Below, piece after piece: positions 11,982 to 25,529 of a stretch of 64,000 nt of DNA. The translations under genes were made by a program, and so were the position numbers. The notes beneath the pieces are model-generated. The model was not told the DNA's origin. It worked only from the letters and a program-made list of their open reading frames with translations, and did not search any database. Position 1 is the first letter of the stretch, and the number at the start of each line of letters is the position of its first letter. Source of the stretch: Bdellovibrionota bacterium (GTDB lineage: Bacteria > Bdellovibrionota_C > UBA2361 > CAKMMH01); NCBI GenBank assembly GCA_050952645.1, contig JBMNLI010000010.1, forward strand, positions 256,001-320,000, in the 5' to 3' direction.

Positions 11982-12678
11982 TTAAATAACTCCTTTTTCT
12001 TTTAAAATGGAAATCATTTTATTTATGACTGTCTCTATACCATCATTAGAATTATCTATTATATAAGCGTCTTTCGTCGGCACTGTAGGAGAAAGCGCCC
12101 TATGTTCATCTCTTTCATCTCTTTCTATTATTTCTATCTTCATATCATTTTTAAGCTTTTCTAGTTCTTCTTTAGATAATTCTTTATTACTGCTTAATTG
12201 TTTTATTCTTCTCTTTATTTTAGTTTCAGTATCTACTTTTATAAAAAATTTTACATCGGCATCTTTAAATACGACACTACCTACATCACGCCCATCGATA
12301 ACTATGTTAGAATCTTTAAATGCGTTTCTCTGTGGTTCAATTAAAAACGTGCGGATAGGTTCTAATGCACTCAAAATGGAAGTCATCTCGGAATTTTTAG
12401 GCGTATAAAGATACTCCATAACATTAAAGCCATCTAAAAGCATCACAGCAAAAGAGTCTTCTAGCACTAACTCGAAAGTGTGTTTTTCAAGCTCATTTAA
12501 AACGTCTTTAATATTTTTATGATCTACATTATTTTTTTAAAACTACATAGGCTACCGCTCTATATAAAATGCCAGTAGTTAAATAAACGAAACCTATTTT
12601 TTTTGCGAGCGTCTTAGCAAGAGTGCTTTTGCCAGTTGCCGACAAGCCGTCAATAGCTAAAACTTTTCTTTTTTGCAT
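11982..12678 (-). CDS. cmk: Cytidylate kinase, frameshifted in an A-run near 12535
   Basis: N-terminal [13 protein letters not shown]...TGILYRA (not in ORF track); C-terminal [10 protein letters not shown] and ERDERD. Confidence 0.9.
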
Positions 12679-12938
12679 ATTTGATTGCATATTCGATTGC
12701 ATATTTGATTTTGAATTTTTGCGGTACGTTATTTTTGATTTACTTAGAATTTATTTAGAAAAATATTTATTTAAATAAGGCTCTTCACGCTTTTTGTAGA
12801 GATGACAAATTCTTTTAAATTAACTCTTTTAAATTAACTCTATTAGCTTAACTCTATTAAACTAGCTTTATCAAATTTTAGATAAAAAGCTTTTTAACAA
12901 GAAAATTTATACACTACAAAAAACGCGAAAAACTTTTT

Positions 12939-13115
12939 TTATTCTTCTACTTTTATTGCATCACAAGGACAAGCATCGATACAAGCTAAGCAATCTGCAC
13001 ATTGTCCTTCATCGATTTGAGCTGCTCCATCTACCATATTGATAGCGCCACAAGGGCAAGCATTTACGCAAGCTTCACAGCCAATACAAGTATCTTTATC
13101 TACTTTAGGTGCCAT
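12939..13115 (-). CDS. 2[4Fe-4S] ferredoxin (58 aa, not in ORF track)
   Basis: MAPKVDKDTCIGCEACVNACP...CADCLACIDACP, two CxxCxxCxxxCP motifs; AGGAG RBS. Confidence 0.95.
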   Translation of the reverse strand: MAPKVDKDTCIGCEACVNACPCGAINMVDGAAQIDEGQCADCLACIDACPCDAIKVEE

Positions 13116-13691
13116 AATTAAAAATTCTCCTTAAAAAGTTATAAGTAATTATTACAAACTAATTTATTACAAACTAATTTATTACAAACAACGAGAAATA
13201 ATATATTATTTTTACATTTTTTTAAAGTTATTTTTAAAAGTTGCCTTTAGCCCAAGTTTAAAAAAAACTACTATATTTAAAAAAACTTCTATACCTTAAA
13301 AAAACGCAAAGCTAGTTTAATACAAGTTTTTAATAATGTATATAAAGCTTTTTATAAAAAAATTTTATAAAAAATAAAGATGTTAGTTTTTATAAAGAGA
13401 TATCCTGCTTTTTAATTCCAGCTATACTAGTGTTAAAAACCAGAATGGGCATTTTATATATTTTCATCAGTAATTTCAGATAGTTATAATGCAAAATGAC
13501 TAAGATTAAAATTTCATATACCACTTATAAAACCAAAAGTGCATATTTAAACTACATTTTATTCAAGTTTAAATCTATGGAGTTCTCTTATCGCTTTAAT
13601 GCTATTTTTCTTTGACAATTATTTTAGATAAAGCAATTTGGCATTAGGAGAGCTTCCGTTTTTTATATTTTTAACCTTAAAGGAAAATTAT

Positions 13692-15032
13692 ATGAAAACT
13701 AAGCAAATTTTATTATATGGCGTTATTTTATCATTATTATTTACTGGATTATTTACTAGCAATGCTTTTTCATCTGGATTTTACATATTAGAGCAAACTG
13801 GGCGTGGTGGTGGAAATGCTTTTTCAGGAACTACTACTGGCTATGGAGATGGAAGCGAGGTGTACTTTAACCCTGCCGCTATGTCGACATTAGATGATAC
13901 GACCGTATCGGCAAGCACGAGTTTAATTCAAGTAAATGCAAGATTTCACAATAGAAACTCGACTAACGCTCTAGGCGTTCCCGTGCAAGGAAATGGCTCG
14001 AATGGTGGTGGAGTTGCCGTAACGCCAAGCACGTTTATAGTATCTCCTATAACGGATAAATTAAATGCGGGCTTTGGTATTACTGCTCCTTATGGAACGA
14101 AATAAAGTATAACGAAGAGTGGATAGGGCGTTATAGAGCGGATAGCACAGATTTAAAAGTTATAACTTTTTCTCCAGCACTATCATATAAATTAACTGAC
14201 AATTTCTCATTAGGTGCACACGTAGGAATAAACTATGCTAAGGCAAGTGTCAGCAATGCCGTAGACTTTGGGACTATCGGAATGAGAGTTTTAGGGACAG
14301 AGCAAGGAGCGGCTTTAGGGCTTTCTCCTCAAGGAAATGATGGCTACGCAGATCTTGAGGGAGATGCTTGGGCTACAAACTATGGGTTAGGCGCTTTATA
14401 TACTTATGGAGAAGATAATAGAAATAGGATTGGTATTTCATATAGGACCAAAACTGCTTTCGATGTAAATGGAGATGCACGTTTTACGGTTCCAGAGGAA
14501 GTTTCATTTTTTACAGCAATCGAATGTTTTTGTAAATGCACAGTAAGCGCGCACATAACTATGCCTGAACACGTTACACTAGGTAAAAAATATTGGATAA
14601 ACGATAGGTTTGGACTTCAAGCTGAGGCTAGATTGGATTAGGTGGAGTAGATTTAAAGAGCTTCGTTTTTCTTATGGCTCTTCACAGCCAGACAGTGCTG
14701 AAAAGGAGGACTGGGATGACACATTTAGGTATTCAGCTGGTGCGTTTTATAAACTTACCGATGATTTAACTTTGAATGCTGGTTATATGTTTGACGAATC
14801 GCCCGTTCCGTCTAATAGGCGTTCACCAAGAATTCCTGATAATGATAGGCATTTAATAGGGGCAGGAGCAACGTATGATTTAACTGAGAATCTTGCTTTG
14901 AGTGCTTCTTATATTTACATCATCGTAAATGATGCCTCAATTCATGCAAAAGATGCTATAGGAAATACCTTAGATGGTAGATACGACCTTGGTATCCAAG
15001 TAGCAACTCTTGGGCTTACTTATAAATTTTAA
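13692..15032 (+). CDS. fadL: FadL/OmpP1 outer-membrane hydrophobic-compound transporter, frameshifted near 14100 and 14630
   Basis: SGFYILEQ, YFNPAAM, RSPRIPDNDR motifs; C-terminal TYKF beta-signal. Confidence 0.85.
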
Positions 15033-15096
15033 ATAGAAAAAAAAATTTAAAATACAAAAAGGCTCTTTATGTTTTAAGGCGTGAAGAGTTTTTTTT

Positions 15097-15201
15097 GTTC
15101 TTCACGTTTTAGATGGGTTTAAAATTCTTAAAAATAGCATCACCTTACCCCACGAGGGCCAAAAGAAACTGTTTTTCTAACCCACTTAAAGCGTGAAGAG
15201 C
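15097..15201. repeat. REP/MITE-like element copy
   Basis: GTTCTTCACGTTTTAG ... TTAAAGCGTGAAGAGC; a minimal copy also at about 15062-15088. Confidence 0.7.
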
Positions 15202-15250
15202 CATACTTTATTACTAAAAATAATATTTATATAAAGTGAAAATTTAAACT

Positions 15251-16552
15251 CTATTCGATAATAATAGACTTTACCCTTAAAGACAATAATCTTTTATCTT
15301 CATCTTGGCTATTTTCTGAATGTGGCGAAGTGGCATCTAGCATAAAAAACTCTATTACTAAATTATCATTTCCTAACGGCGGTATATCAAAATCAATCTC
15401 AGTAATACTACTATCAATATTTCCAAAAAATACGGGAATACCAAAAACTAAAATAGAAACTCTCTGCGTTTCTCTCATCACCCCACCTAAAAAAACTTTG
15501 CATTTTAAACTTTGATTAGCCTTATAATCTTCTATCTTAGCTCCGAATAATAACCTTTTACCATCCGCCCAAGTGTAATCTTTTTCAGGGATTGAAAGCC
15601 CCGAAAAAATATAGGGTTTTACCGAAAAATCATTTTTTATAGCATTAAGCATAGTATTTAGCTCATACGAAACTAGCTTAACTTCAGAAAAACTTATGCT
15701 TTGAAACATTAAACCTAACAATCTAACATCTTCAGATACATTAAAACTCTTAGGAGAAAAAGCATTTTTTAAAAGAATACGAATAAAAACTATTTTCGTT
15801 CTTGGCACTACAAAATAAAATTTAATACCATCTAAAGATGCCACTTCATCGTGAAAAACTAAAACATCATTAGCAAAGATTTGCACATTTTGCGAATCAT
15901 TATTTATCGCTGATAATTTTGCATCAAAAAACATTAAACATTCTTGCTTATTTTCAAAATTAAAAGCAAACATCACTTGCTTAGCATCTGTCCAAGCCCC
16001 TATGCTTTCAGCACTAGATACTCCAGAAATCAAATATGGCAAAAAATTTTGCTCATTTTTTAAAAAACTAATTTTCTTTTGAGATGAAATGCTATTTACT
16101 TCACACCTTTCAAACACTAAACTTTTAATGCAAAGGGAAAGCTTTCGCTTATCTTCACTCTCGCTAAGTTCATAGGGAGAAATTGCATCATTTAAAATTA
16201 GCCTTATCTTTACCTTGCCATCAAAAGGCTTTGAAAAAATAAAATTGATTTTCTTTTCTACACATTCGCTCTCTTTTATTGTTTCATCAAAAGCCACGAT
16301 ATCATTAACATATATTTTAACATTTTGAGATTCATTATAAACCGTTAGCAAATCAAAGCTTCCTACAATCACTTGCACATCGTCTACAAAATTAAATGAA
16401 AGTTCTATCTCATTTTCAGATGTCCAAGCAAATCCATCTTCAGGCTCAGAAATCCCATATTCAAAATAATTTATTATATTATATTTATTACTAGAGAAAT
16501 CTAGCTTAGTTCCTAGGCTATATTCTTTGAAATTAAAATCATAAAAATACAT
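15251..16552 (-). CDS. Hypothetical protein with three repeated beta-rich domains, glycosylation-cluster associated
   Basis: Three repeats of G(I/V/L)SxxExxxxW ... SP ... EDxRxL. Confidence 0.65.
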   Translation of the reverse strand: MYFYDFNFKEYSLGTKLDFSSNKYNIINYFEYGISEPEDGFAWTSENEIELSFNFVDDVQVIVGSFDLLTVYNESQNVKIYVNDIVAFDETIKESECVEKKINFIFSKPFDGKVKIRLILNDAISPYELSESEDKRKLSLCIKSLVFERCEVNSISSQKKISFLKNEQNFLPYLISGVSSAESIGAWTDAKQVMFAFNFENKQECLMFFDAKLSAINNDSQNVQIFANDVLVFHDEVASLDGIKFYFVVPRTKIVFIRILLKNAFSPKSFNVSEDVRLLGLMFQSISFSEVKLVSYELNTMLNAIKNDFSVKPYIFSGLSIPEKDYTWADGKRLLFGAKIEDYKANQSLKCKVFLGGVMRETQRVSILVFGIPVFFGNIDSSITEIDFDIPPLGNDNLVIEFFMLDATSPHSENSQDEDKRLLSLRVKSIIIE

Positions 16553-16668
16553 GGCTTTAGTTTATCCTAAAATATTTTATCATAACATATACAAATTATT
16601 TAATTCTTCACACTTAAAACGTAAAGAGTAATTTTTATCGCCTCTTATACTATATTTTATACTATTTT

Positions 16669-17619
16669 TTATACTATTTTCTTTATATGATGCTCAGTAT
16701 AATTTTCCCTATGGCTTATATCTACAAGTAAATTACATATAAAACCAGTTGCTATAAACTGCAAACCCATGATTAAACATAGCACTCCAAGCAAAAGAGC
16801 AGGTCTATTTCCGATACTTTGCTCAGTAAAACACCAAACCCCAGTTAAATAAGCACAGATTAAAAATCCAATACTTGAAAACAAAATTCCTAACTTCCCA
16901 AATAAGTACATCGGTCTATCGTTATATCTAAGTAAAAATGTTGTCGTTAAAGAGTCGAAAAGTCCACGCAAATATCGCTCAAAGCCGTACTTAGATTTTC
17001 CATGTTTTCTTGTTTTATGCTCTACCGTGATTTCCGTTATTTTAAATCCTTCTCGATGAGCTAAAACTGGAATATACCTATGAAGCTCTCCGTAAAGGTC
17101 TAGCGACTCTATTACTTCCTTTCTAAAACATTTAAAACCACAATCAAAATCATGTAAGTTTACACCCGATAATTTTTTAGTTACGTAATTAAATAGCTTC
17201 GAGGGTAGCTTTTTCTCCATCGGGTCTAACCTATTAAATTTCCACCCTACTACTAAATCAAACCCCTCGTCTATTTTTTCTACAAACCTGGTCATCTCGC
17301 TTGGCTCATCTTGCAAATCGGCATCGAGCGTAAAAACGATATCCCCTACGGCGTGGCGAAACCCCGCATCGAGTGCAGGCGATTTTCCGAAATTTTTTCT
17401 AAAAGAAATTAAATGAACGTTTTTATCTTTTTCTATTAAACTTAAAATTTTACTTTCAGTTCCATCTTTACTGCCATCATTTATAAACCATATTTCATAG
17501 TTTAAAACTTGCCCCTTTTCTTTCATTACATTAAAACTTGCTAACAATTTATCGTGTAGCTCCTCTATCGAGGCTTCTTCATTATACGCAGGAACTATTA
17601 TAGAAATTTTTCTATTCAT
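16669..17619 (-). CDS. GT2 polyprenol-phosphate glycosyltransferase (ArnC/GtrB-like)
   Basis: SIIVPAYNEE, NDGSKD, RKNFGKS, DADLQD, two C-terminal TM helices. Confidence 0.92.
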   Translation of the reverse strand: MNRKISIIVPAYNEEASIEELHDKLLASFNVMKEKGQVLNYEIWFINDGSKDGTESKILSLIEKDKNVHLISFRKNFGKSPALDAGFRHAVGDIVFTLDADLQDEPSEMTRFVEKIDEGFDLVVGWKFNRLDPMEKKLPSKLFNYVTKKLSGVNLHDFDCGFKCFRKEVIESLDLYGELHRYIPVLAHREGFKITEITVEHKTRKHGKSKYGFERYLRGLFDSLTTTFLLRYNDRPMYLFGKLGILFSSIGFLICAYLTGVWCFTEQSIGNRPALLLGVLCLIMGLQFIATGFICNLLVDISHRENYTEHHIKKIV

Positions 17620-17676
17620 CTTTCACCATTTATATAACATCATCATAAATCAAATTATAATCTGAAATTTTAACAC

Positions 17677-20079
17677 CTAGCCTTTTGCAGTATCGTTAAC
17701 TAATTTAATCTCACCTCTCTTTACGAAAGAATGCTTAGGTTTTATTGTAAATTCATAGTAATAATTATTATAAAATTTGTGTTTTAGCACAAGCCTTGCT
17801 TTAACAAAGTTTTCTTTGGTATTTTTTTTAAGCTTTATTTCCTGATTATCAGACAATTTAACTATATTATCTATAGGGCCTGATGATAAATTAAAAGCAA
17901 TTCCCTTTAGCGGTCTTCGAGAACTAATAATTAGACCTTGCTTATTATTGTAAGCAGTCCAGTATTTAGTATAATCCTCCCCTAAAATATTGTAGTAATC
18001 CGTGTAAGGGCCTTTCCAAATATAACTCGTTCTATCTATTGGTATCTTAGCCGAAGGTCCTATCTCGAGAATCTTATGTAGTTGCGTAAGCTCAATAGGT
18101 AAAATTTGCATTCTTTTTCTATTTCTAAACAACGAGGCACCTCTTAAAGCTTGGTTCATTGGGGTAAATAAAAAATAAAAAAATATTAAAAACGCAAACA
18201 AACTACCACATATAGTCCTTTTTAAAGATATAACGGGAACTAAAAATAAGAACGCTACTAGTATCTGTAAAAGATATCTATTCCCTAGAGATTGAGCTCC
18301 TCCATAATAATTATCATAACCTTGAAGCATAAAAAATAATATATGTCCTAATATTCCAAATAAAATATACCAATTTTCCTTTACATCTCTATATCTCAAA
18401 TTAAAAAACACTAAAAATAAACAAGGAAAATAGATTAGCGCTCCAGTTTGTCTACCAACTAAAAAATAAAAAATATTATATAAAAATGCTTTATAATCTT
18501 TTATCGCAATAATCGATTTGCTAACAATCGATGAAGTTCCAGTTTTTATATATTTTATTAGAGTAAAAATGTTTTCCTGTGTAATTTCCTCATCGTTATA
18601 TACTTGTATGTATGGAAAAAGCCCTCGAAAGTAATATCTAGTTCCACCATAAGGAGAAAACGAGCCTATTTCGCTAATATGATAAAAAGTAGGTATTAAA
18701 AATGATACGATTAAAATTCCAGTAAAAATCAAGATGTTTTTAAAGCTTTCTTTCTTATAAAAATTATCGAATAACAATTTTAAAAAACAGAAAAATGCAA
18801 ATGATAAAAATGGCGATCTTGAATATCCTATTATTCCAAATAAAAATGCTGACAAAATTAAATATTTTTTATCACGAGAGCCTTGTATATATTTTGTAAA
18901 AACAAATAAACTTAAGCCTAGCATAAAGACATTAAAAATATCTATGAAACACTCGAAAATATATCCCCATAGAACCGACAAGCTAATAAAGAGCAATGAA
19001 AATATGTATGATAAAACTTTATGATTTTTTCTTGATAAAAAGGCGTGCGATAAATAGATTAAACCATATAGACAAATTAAATTTAAAATCTCTAAACCAT
19101 TTGCCCCAAATAGCCAAACGAAAGGAACACCTACAAGACCGTATAAAATTGTTTTTGAAAAATAAAAATTATTATTATAATAATTTAAAAACAACCCTAC
19201 TGGGCCTCGATTAAAACCTGCCAAATAAAACCTTACTAAATCTTTTTTTTCGTATAGATTATTCATATCATACAAGAAGCTATAAGCTTGAGAAATATAC
19301 ACAGCCTCATCGCCAGTTATAATTTTTAGCGAGTTATTCAAATAATTTAGAAAAACTCCTATCGAAGTTATAACTACAAATAAACTTACTAAAAAAACTA
19401 GCTTGTAAGATTTAGTATTGTTAGACTTTAATATTAGAAATGCCACAGCCGCTATTAGCAATGAGAAGCAAATATTTTGCAAAACCCTACTACTAGCCTT
19501 ATACGTCCACACTTCTAATTTTGAAATTTCTAAGTCTACATTATCGTGGGTAAAAAATCTTAAATGCATCTCTTTTAGATGATTTTTTCCTACGTATAAT
19601 TTCGTTGCCACTCCTTGCACGCTATGGGTTAGCTCTATATTTATTTGATTTTCATCTTTATCAAAATTTTCTCCGTGCAAATCAACGTGTAAAAATTTAG
19701 GGGTATTTTGATTTGCTACATTTTTATTTTTTATGACAAATTTTAAAAACAATTCTTCATTTTCAAGCTTAATTAGTCTATAAAAAACATTTCCGTTATT
19801 TTTTATTTTATCTTCTGCTTCTCTATTGTTTACTTTATTTATGATGAGTTTATTATTTTTTATAAGAGCGGATACCGAGTTTTGTTCAACATTAAAAGAT
19901 TTAAACTTTATATCAGTTTTTTTAAGGTCTGAAACATGTAGATTCGTATTAGTATAAGTTAATATTAAAAATGTAAAAATAAAGAAAAATATAACAAGAA
20001 TTATAGAACAAGCATTAAATCTTTTTAAAATACGCATATATATATACCTTAAAGATGCTAGAAAGAATTTTTTTAGCAT
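17677..20079 (-). CDS. Polytopic membrane protein, putative GT-C glycosyltransferase
   Basis: Many TM helices, GDE acidic motif after an early TM, GNRYLL motif; adjacent to GT2. Confidence 0.6.
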   Translation of the reverse strand: MLKKFFLASLRYIYMRILKRFNACSIILVIFFFIFTFLILTYTNTNLHVSDLKKTDIKFKSFNVEQNSVSALIKNNKLIINKVNNREAEDKIKNNGNVFYRLIKLENEELFLKFVIKNKNVANQNTPKFLHVDLHGENFDKDENQINIELTHSVQGVATKLYVGKNHLKEMHLRFFTHDNVDLEISKLEVWTYKASSRVLQNICFSLLIAAVAFLILKSNNTKSYKLVFLVSLFVVITSIGVFLNYLNNSLKIITGDEAVYISQAYSFLYDMNNLYEKKDLVRFYLAGFNRGPVGLFLNYYNNNFYFSKTILYGLVGVPFVWLFGANGLEILNLICLYGLIYLSHAFLSRKNHKVLSYIFSLLFISLSVLWGYIFECFIDIFNVFMLGLSLFVFTKYIQGSRDKKYLILSAFLFGIIGYSRSPFLSFAFFCFLKLLFDNFYKKESFKNILIFTGILIVSFLIPTFYHISEIGSFSPYGGTRYYFRGLFPYIQVYNDEEITQENIFTLIKYIKTGTSSIVSKSIIAIKDYKAFLYNIFYFLVGRQTGALIYFPCLFLVFFNLRYRDVKENWYILFGILGHILFFMLQGYDNYYGGAQSLGNRYLLQILVAFLFLVPVISLKRTICGSLFAFLIFFYFLFTPMNQALRGASLFRNRKRMQILPIELTQLHKILEIGPSAKIPIDRTSYIWKGPYTDYYNILGEDYTKYWTAYNNKQGLIISSRRPLKGIAFNLSSGPIDNIVKLSDNQEIKLKKNTKENFVKARLVLKHKFYNNYYYEFTIKPKHSFVKRGEIKLVNDTAKG

Positions 20080-20332
20080 TACAAATTTATTGAGATAAAA
20101 CTAGCGCCTAAAACTAGCATAGAGAATATGTTTTATAAAGCCTAAAAAAGAGAGCTAATAGCGGTTTAGGCAAAAAACTCCATCTAAAATATATACACTA
20201 ATTAACCTTAAAAATAAATAGGTTAAAAAATACATAACTTTAAAAATACATAGCTTAAAAATTTACGAGTTTACTTTGAGGCGTATTAAAGTTTTTAGTA
20301 AAAACAAGGAATGATTATTTAGAAGCTAAAAA

Positions 20333-21505
20333 CTACATTTTATTTAGAATATGCTCTATCTCAAAAACCGATATAGGCATATTTATTTTTGCTTGCAACT
20401 TATCTAGAGTAATCATAGGATTTCGTTTTCGCTCATTAGTTATAATATCGATACATTTATCTATAGTATCAAACGTTAAATTGCTATTTTTAACGTGAAT
20501 ATAAGTATCATTAGATGCCTTAATAATGCTATCATACAAACCTAGCGAATCATCGAAGTCCTGTTTTAATTGAGCTTTGCCGTGAAAAAGATTATTTTCT
20601 TTTATACTTTCTAACATTTCTTTCCAACTCATTTCTCTATTTGATTGAAGTAGAACTTGAACCATAGCAGTTTTAAATTGTAATTTTGCACTAACCACTT
20701 TTTTATCTTTTATTTCGATAAGCCCTTGAGCTTCTATTTTAGGCATCAATGTATTTATCTTAGCATAATTAAGTCCGATAATTTCATAAAAGGAATTTCT
20801 AAAAACTTGCATAGTGCAAGGAAGAGCTATCTCTTGAAAGATATCGTTAAAACATTCGCTTATATCGATATCATCGATATCATCTTTTTGAAACTCAAAA
20901 TCTTCTTCAAAATCAAATATATTTTTTATAAATTTATAGAAGGTATCGCTTTGGAATCTAGAATATAGCTCAGGCATTTCTAATTTCATATCGTGAGAAT
21001 CGTTATTTTTTAAGTAATTTCTATATCTCGATGGACTATAAAGAAGAACGGTTCTTAACTCTTTTAAAAGGCCGTTTTTAAGTCTTTGAATAGCAGTCTC
21101 TTTAAGATTGTTTTTAGCTTGATAATTTTTTACATCACTTTTTTCATAAATAAATATTTCAAATAGCTCTTGGTCTTTTTTCTTTAAAGAGTTTCTATAC
21201 TCTAACACTTCGAGAAGTTCTCTTTGTATACTTGAAAAGCTTATAGGAGCTATAAATTTTCTAATACAATCTGGCGAATTTAAAATCTTATCTTTAAGCT
21301 TAAATATTAGTGGCTTTAAAGATGGCTCACTTGAAATTAAATTTTTATACTTGTCTAATTTTTTATCATCTAGACAGATTATATCCATAGCACTATTATT
21401 ATAAATTCCATTTTTCTTAAGCTTAGCTAAGACACTTCTTTCACTTTTGTTTAATTTATGTACTGCTATAGGATGTGTGTATAGCTCGTTATTTAAATTT
21501 TCCAT
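20333..21505 (-). CDS. Hypothetical protein
   Basis: 390-aa ORF with no confidently recognised motif. Confidence 0.55.
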   Translation of the reverse strand: MENLNNELYTHPIAVHKLNKSERSVLAKLKKNGIYNNSAMDIICLDDKKLDKYKNLISSEPSLKPLIFKLKDKILNSPDCIRKFIAPISFSSIQRELLEVLEYRNSLKKKDQELFEIFIYEKSDVKNYQAKNNLKETAIQRLKNGLLKELRTVLLYSPSRYRNYLKNNDSHDMKLEMPELYSRFQSDTFYKFIKNIFDFEEDFEFQKDDIDDIDISECFNDIFQEIALPCTMQVFRNSFYEIIGLNYAKINTLMPKIEAQGLIEIKDKKVVSAKLQFKTAMVQVLLQSNREMSWKEMLESIKENNLFHGKAQLKQDFDDSLGLYDSIIKASNDTYIHVKNSNLTFDTIDKCIDIITNERKRNPMITLDKLQAKINMPISVFEIEHILNKM

Positions 21506-22126
21506 TCGATACCTTACATTTATTATTTTTATTCATACTATTTTATCTATTATTTTTTTATCTATTATTTATTATTTATTTATTATCTATCTACTACCAA
21601 CCTATTTTCTATTTTATTATTTATATGTTTTATATATCTGTTAGTTATAATTTTATTTATAAATTTTCTTCTTAGTTTATTTACTAAAAAATTTTTTATG
21701 TCCGTTTACTCGTTATTTATTAACTATTTTACTAACTATTTTACTAATTATTTTACTAATTATTTTGTTAATTTTTTTTCTTAATTCGTTAAAGAAACTA
21801 CGAGTATTAACTATAATATTCGATGCAAAAAATTTTTATTCGTTGCTAAATTTTTATTATTTTCTGCATATAATAATTACAATTTACAATTACAACTGAG
21901 CAATATAATAATCGCATAATTATCAATTAGCGTTTTATTTTATCTACTAATTTACTTATTAAATTCGATTTTTATTTTAATATTTTCTAAACTGCTTTAT
22001 AATGATTTTGGAAATGTAGTTTTATTTTTTAATTATCATTCGAGTTGTTGATTCGAGTTGTTAGTTCAGATTATTAGTTCAAACTGTTAGTTCAAAGAAG
22101 TATAGGTTGTATATTGGGAGTTATTT

Positions 22127-23296
22127 ATGCGAATAGCGTTAATGTCTTGGGAAAGCTTGCACTCGGTGGGTGTTGGTGGCGTAGGAGTTCATGCTACGGA
22201 GCTTGCCGCTGGGCTTCAAAGGTTAGGGCATGAAGTTCATGTATTTGTTAGGATAGGTCAAGGACAAAGAGAGTATGATTGTATCGATGGAGTTCATTAT
22301 CATCGATGTGCGATGGAATTAAACAGAGATTTCGTTCAAGAAATGAATAATATGTGCAATAGTTTTGCGTGGCGTCTAGGGGAAGTCGAAAGTGGTCTAG
22401 GGGGAAGATTTGATATAGTTCATTGCCACGACTGGCTTACGGAAAAAGCACTAGTTCAAATAAAAAATAACATGCATAGAAAGACCGTTTTTACGCTCCA
22501 TTCGACTGAGTTTGGAAGATGTGGTAATAATTCCTATTCAGGGCAATCTGAGCGCATTAGTCAAATAGAAGCAGAAGGGGCATACGTAGCGGATAGGGTT
22601 ATCACAGTTTCTGGCGTATTAGCAGATGAAGTTAAAAGACAGTACAATGTTCCAGATTGGAAGTTGAGAATGATTTATAATGGGATAAATGTTCATCGTT
22701 ATGATGGATTTATAGACCCTGCTATTTGTAGGAGAACTTATAGCATTGGACCTATGGATCCTATGGCGCTTTTTGTTGGAAGATTAAGCATTCAAAAAGG
22801 CCCAGATTTATTAGTAGAGGCGATACCAGAGATATTATCTTTTAGGGGTGATGCAAAATTTGTTTTTGCTGGCGATGGTCATATGAGACAATCGCTAGAA
22901 AACAGGGCAAGAGAACTTAACGTTTTGCATGCTTGTAGGTTTTTAGGTTCTATGAGTCCTGATGGTGATTTGATAAATCTTTTTAAAAGCACAGATTGTG
23001 TAGTAGTCCCTAGTAGAAATGAACCGTTTGGGATAGTAGTTTTAGAAGCTTGGGCAGCGGGGAAGCCCGTTGTGGCTACGGTAAATGGAGGACCTAGGGA
23101 GTTTGTAACGCATAATAAAAATGGTTTTTTAATTTACGATCATAAAGAATCTATAGCTTGGGGGGTAAAAGAGATATTTAGAAACTTTGAACACGCTAGG
23201 TGGATGGGACAAGAGGGAAGAACCACCGCAGCTTACGGCTTTAGCTGGAATAAAATAGCTAAGCGGACTGAAGGGGTTTATTACGAGATTTTATAA
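22127..23296 (+). CDS. GT4 family glycosyltransferase
   Basis: GGVGVH, HCHDW, HSTE, FVGRL, PSRNEPFGIVVLEA. Confidence 0.93.
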   Translation: MRIALMSWESLHSVGVGGVGVHATELAAGLQRLGHEVHVFVRIGQGQREYDCIDGVHYHRCAMELNRDFVQEMNNMCNSFAWRLGEVESGLGGRFDIVHCHDWLTEKALVQIKNNMHRKTVFTLHSTEFGRCGNNSYSGQSERISQIEAEGAYVADRVITVSGVLADEVKRQYNVPDWKLRMIYNGINVHRYDGFIDPAICRRTYSIGPMDPMALFVGRLSIQKGPDLLVEAIPEILSFRGDAKFVFAGDGHMRQSLENRARELNVLHACRFLGSMSPDGDLINLFKSTDCVVVPSRNEPFGIVVLEAWAAGKPVVATVNGGPREFVTHNKNGFLIYDHKESIAWGVKEIFRNFEHARWMGQEGRTTAAYGFSWNKIAKRTEGVYYEIL

Positions 23297-23413
23297 GGTA
23301 TTTAGAATAAATGTAGGAAAAGTAATAAAGAAAAGTAATAAGAAAAGTAATAAAGAAAAGTACAGAGTGGTATAAAATTAAGTAAAAGAAAAAATTAAAA
23401 AGATAAAAAATTT

Positions 23414-23700
23414 GGTTCTTTGACGTTTTAGAGGGGTTAGCTTAAAAGAAAATTGGCTTTTATAGAAAACTAGCTATAGTTTCAAAAAAAGCTATAACTA
23501 TATTTAAAGTCAATTTATTTTATGCAAACTTCTTAAAAGTCAATTTTCTTTTGGGCTTCGTCGAGGATTAGCAATGCTAATTTTTTAGAATTTAAAACTA
23601 CTTTTAAACGGGAGGAAGCATCTTGCTTCTTTGACGTTTTAGAGGGGTTAGAAAAGTTGCTTTTTTCTAGGTAAGCTAAACTACCTTTAAACGGGAGGAT
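23414..23700. repeat. Composite REP/MITE-like copies
   Basis: TTCTTTGACGTTTTAGAGGGGTTAG twice, plus AAAAGAAAATTG / CAATTTTCTTTT modules. Confidence 0.65.
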
Positions 23701-23780
23701 AAAAAAAATAAGGCGTCCTTTCGTAAAAAAGGGCGCCTCTTAGGAGCGGTCAGATAGGGATTTATAATTCCTAAAAAATT

Positions 23781-23817
23781 CGGCATAGTCGTTGATATTC
23801 GGCTATGCCGTTTTTTC
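23781..23817. terminator. Hairpin downstream of the recombinase
   Basis: CGGCATAGTCG-loop-CGGCTATGCCG with T-runs on both strands. Confidence 0.65.
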
Positions 23818-23819
23818 GT

Positions 23820-25529
<1,710 letters not shown>

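Noticed and set aside
21447..21675. Hydrophobic small ORFs
   Set aside because: Low-complexity T-rich DNA overlapping the start of the opposite-strand gene
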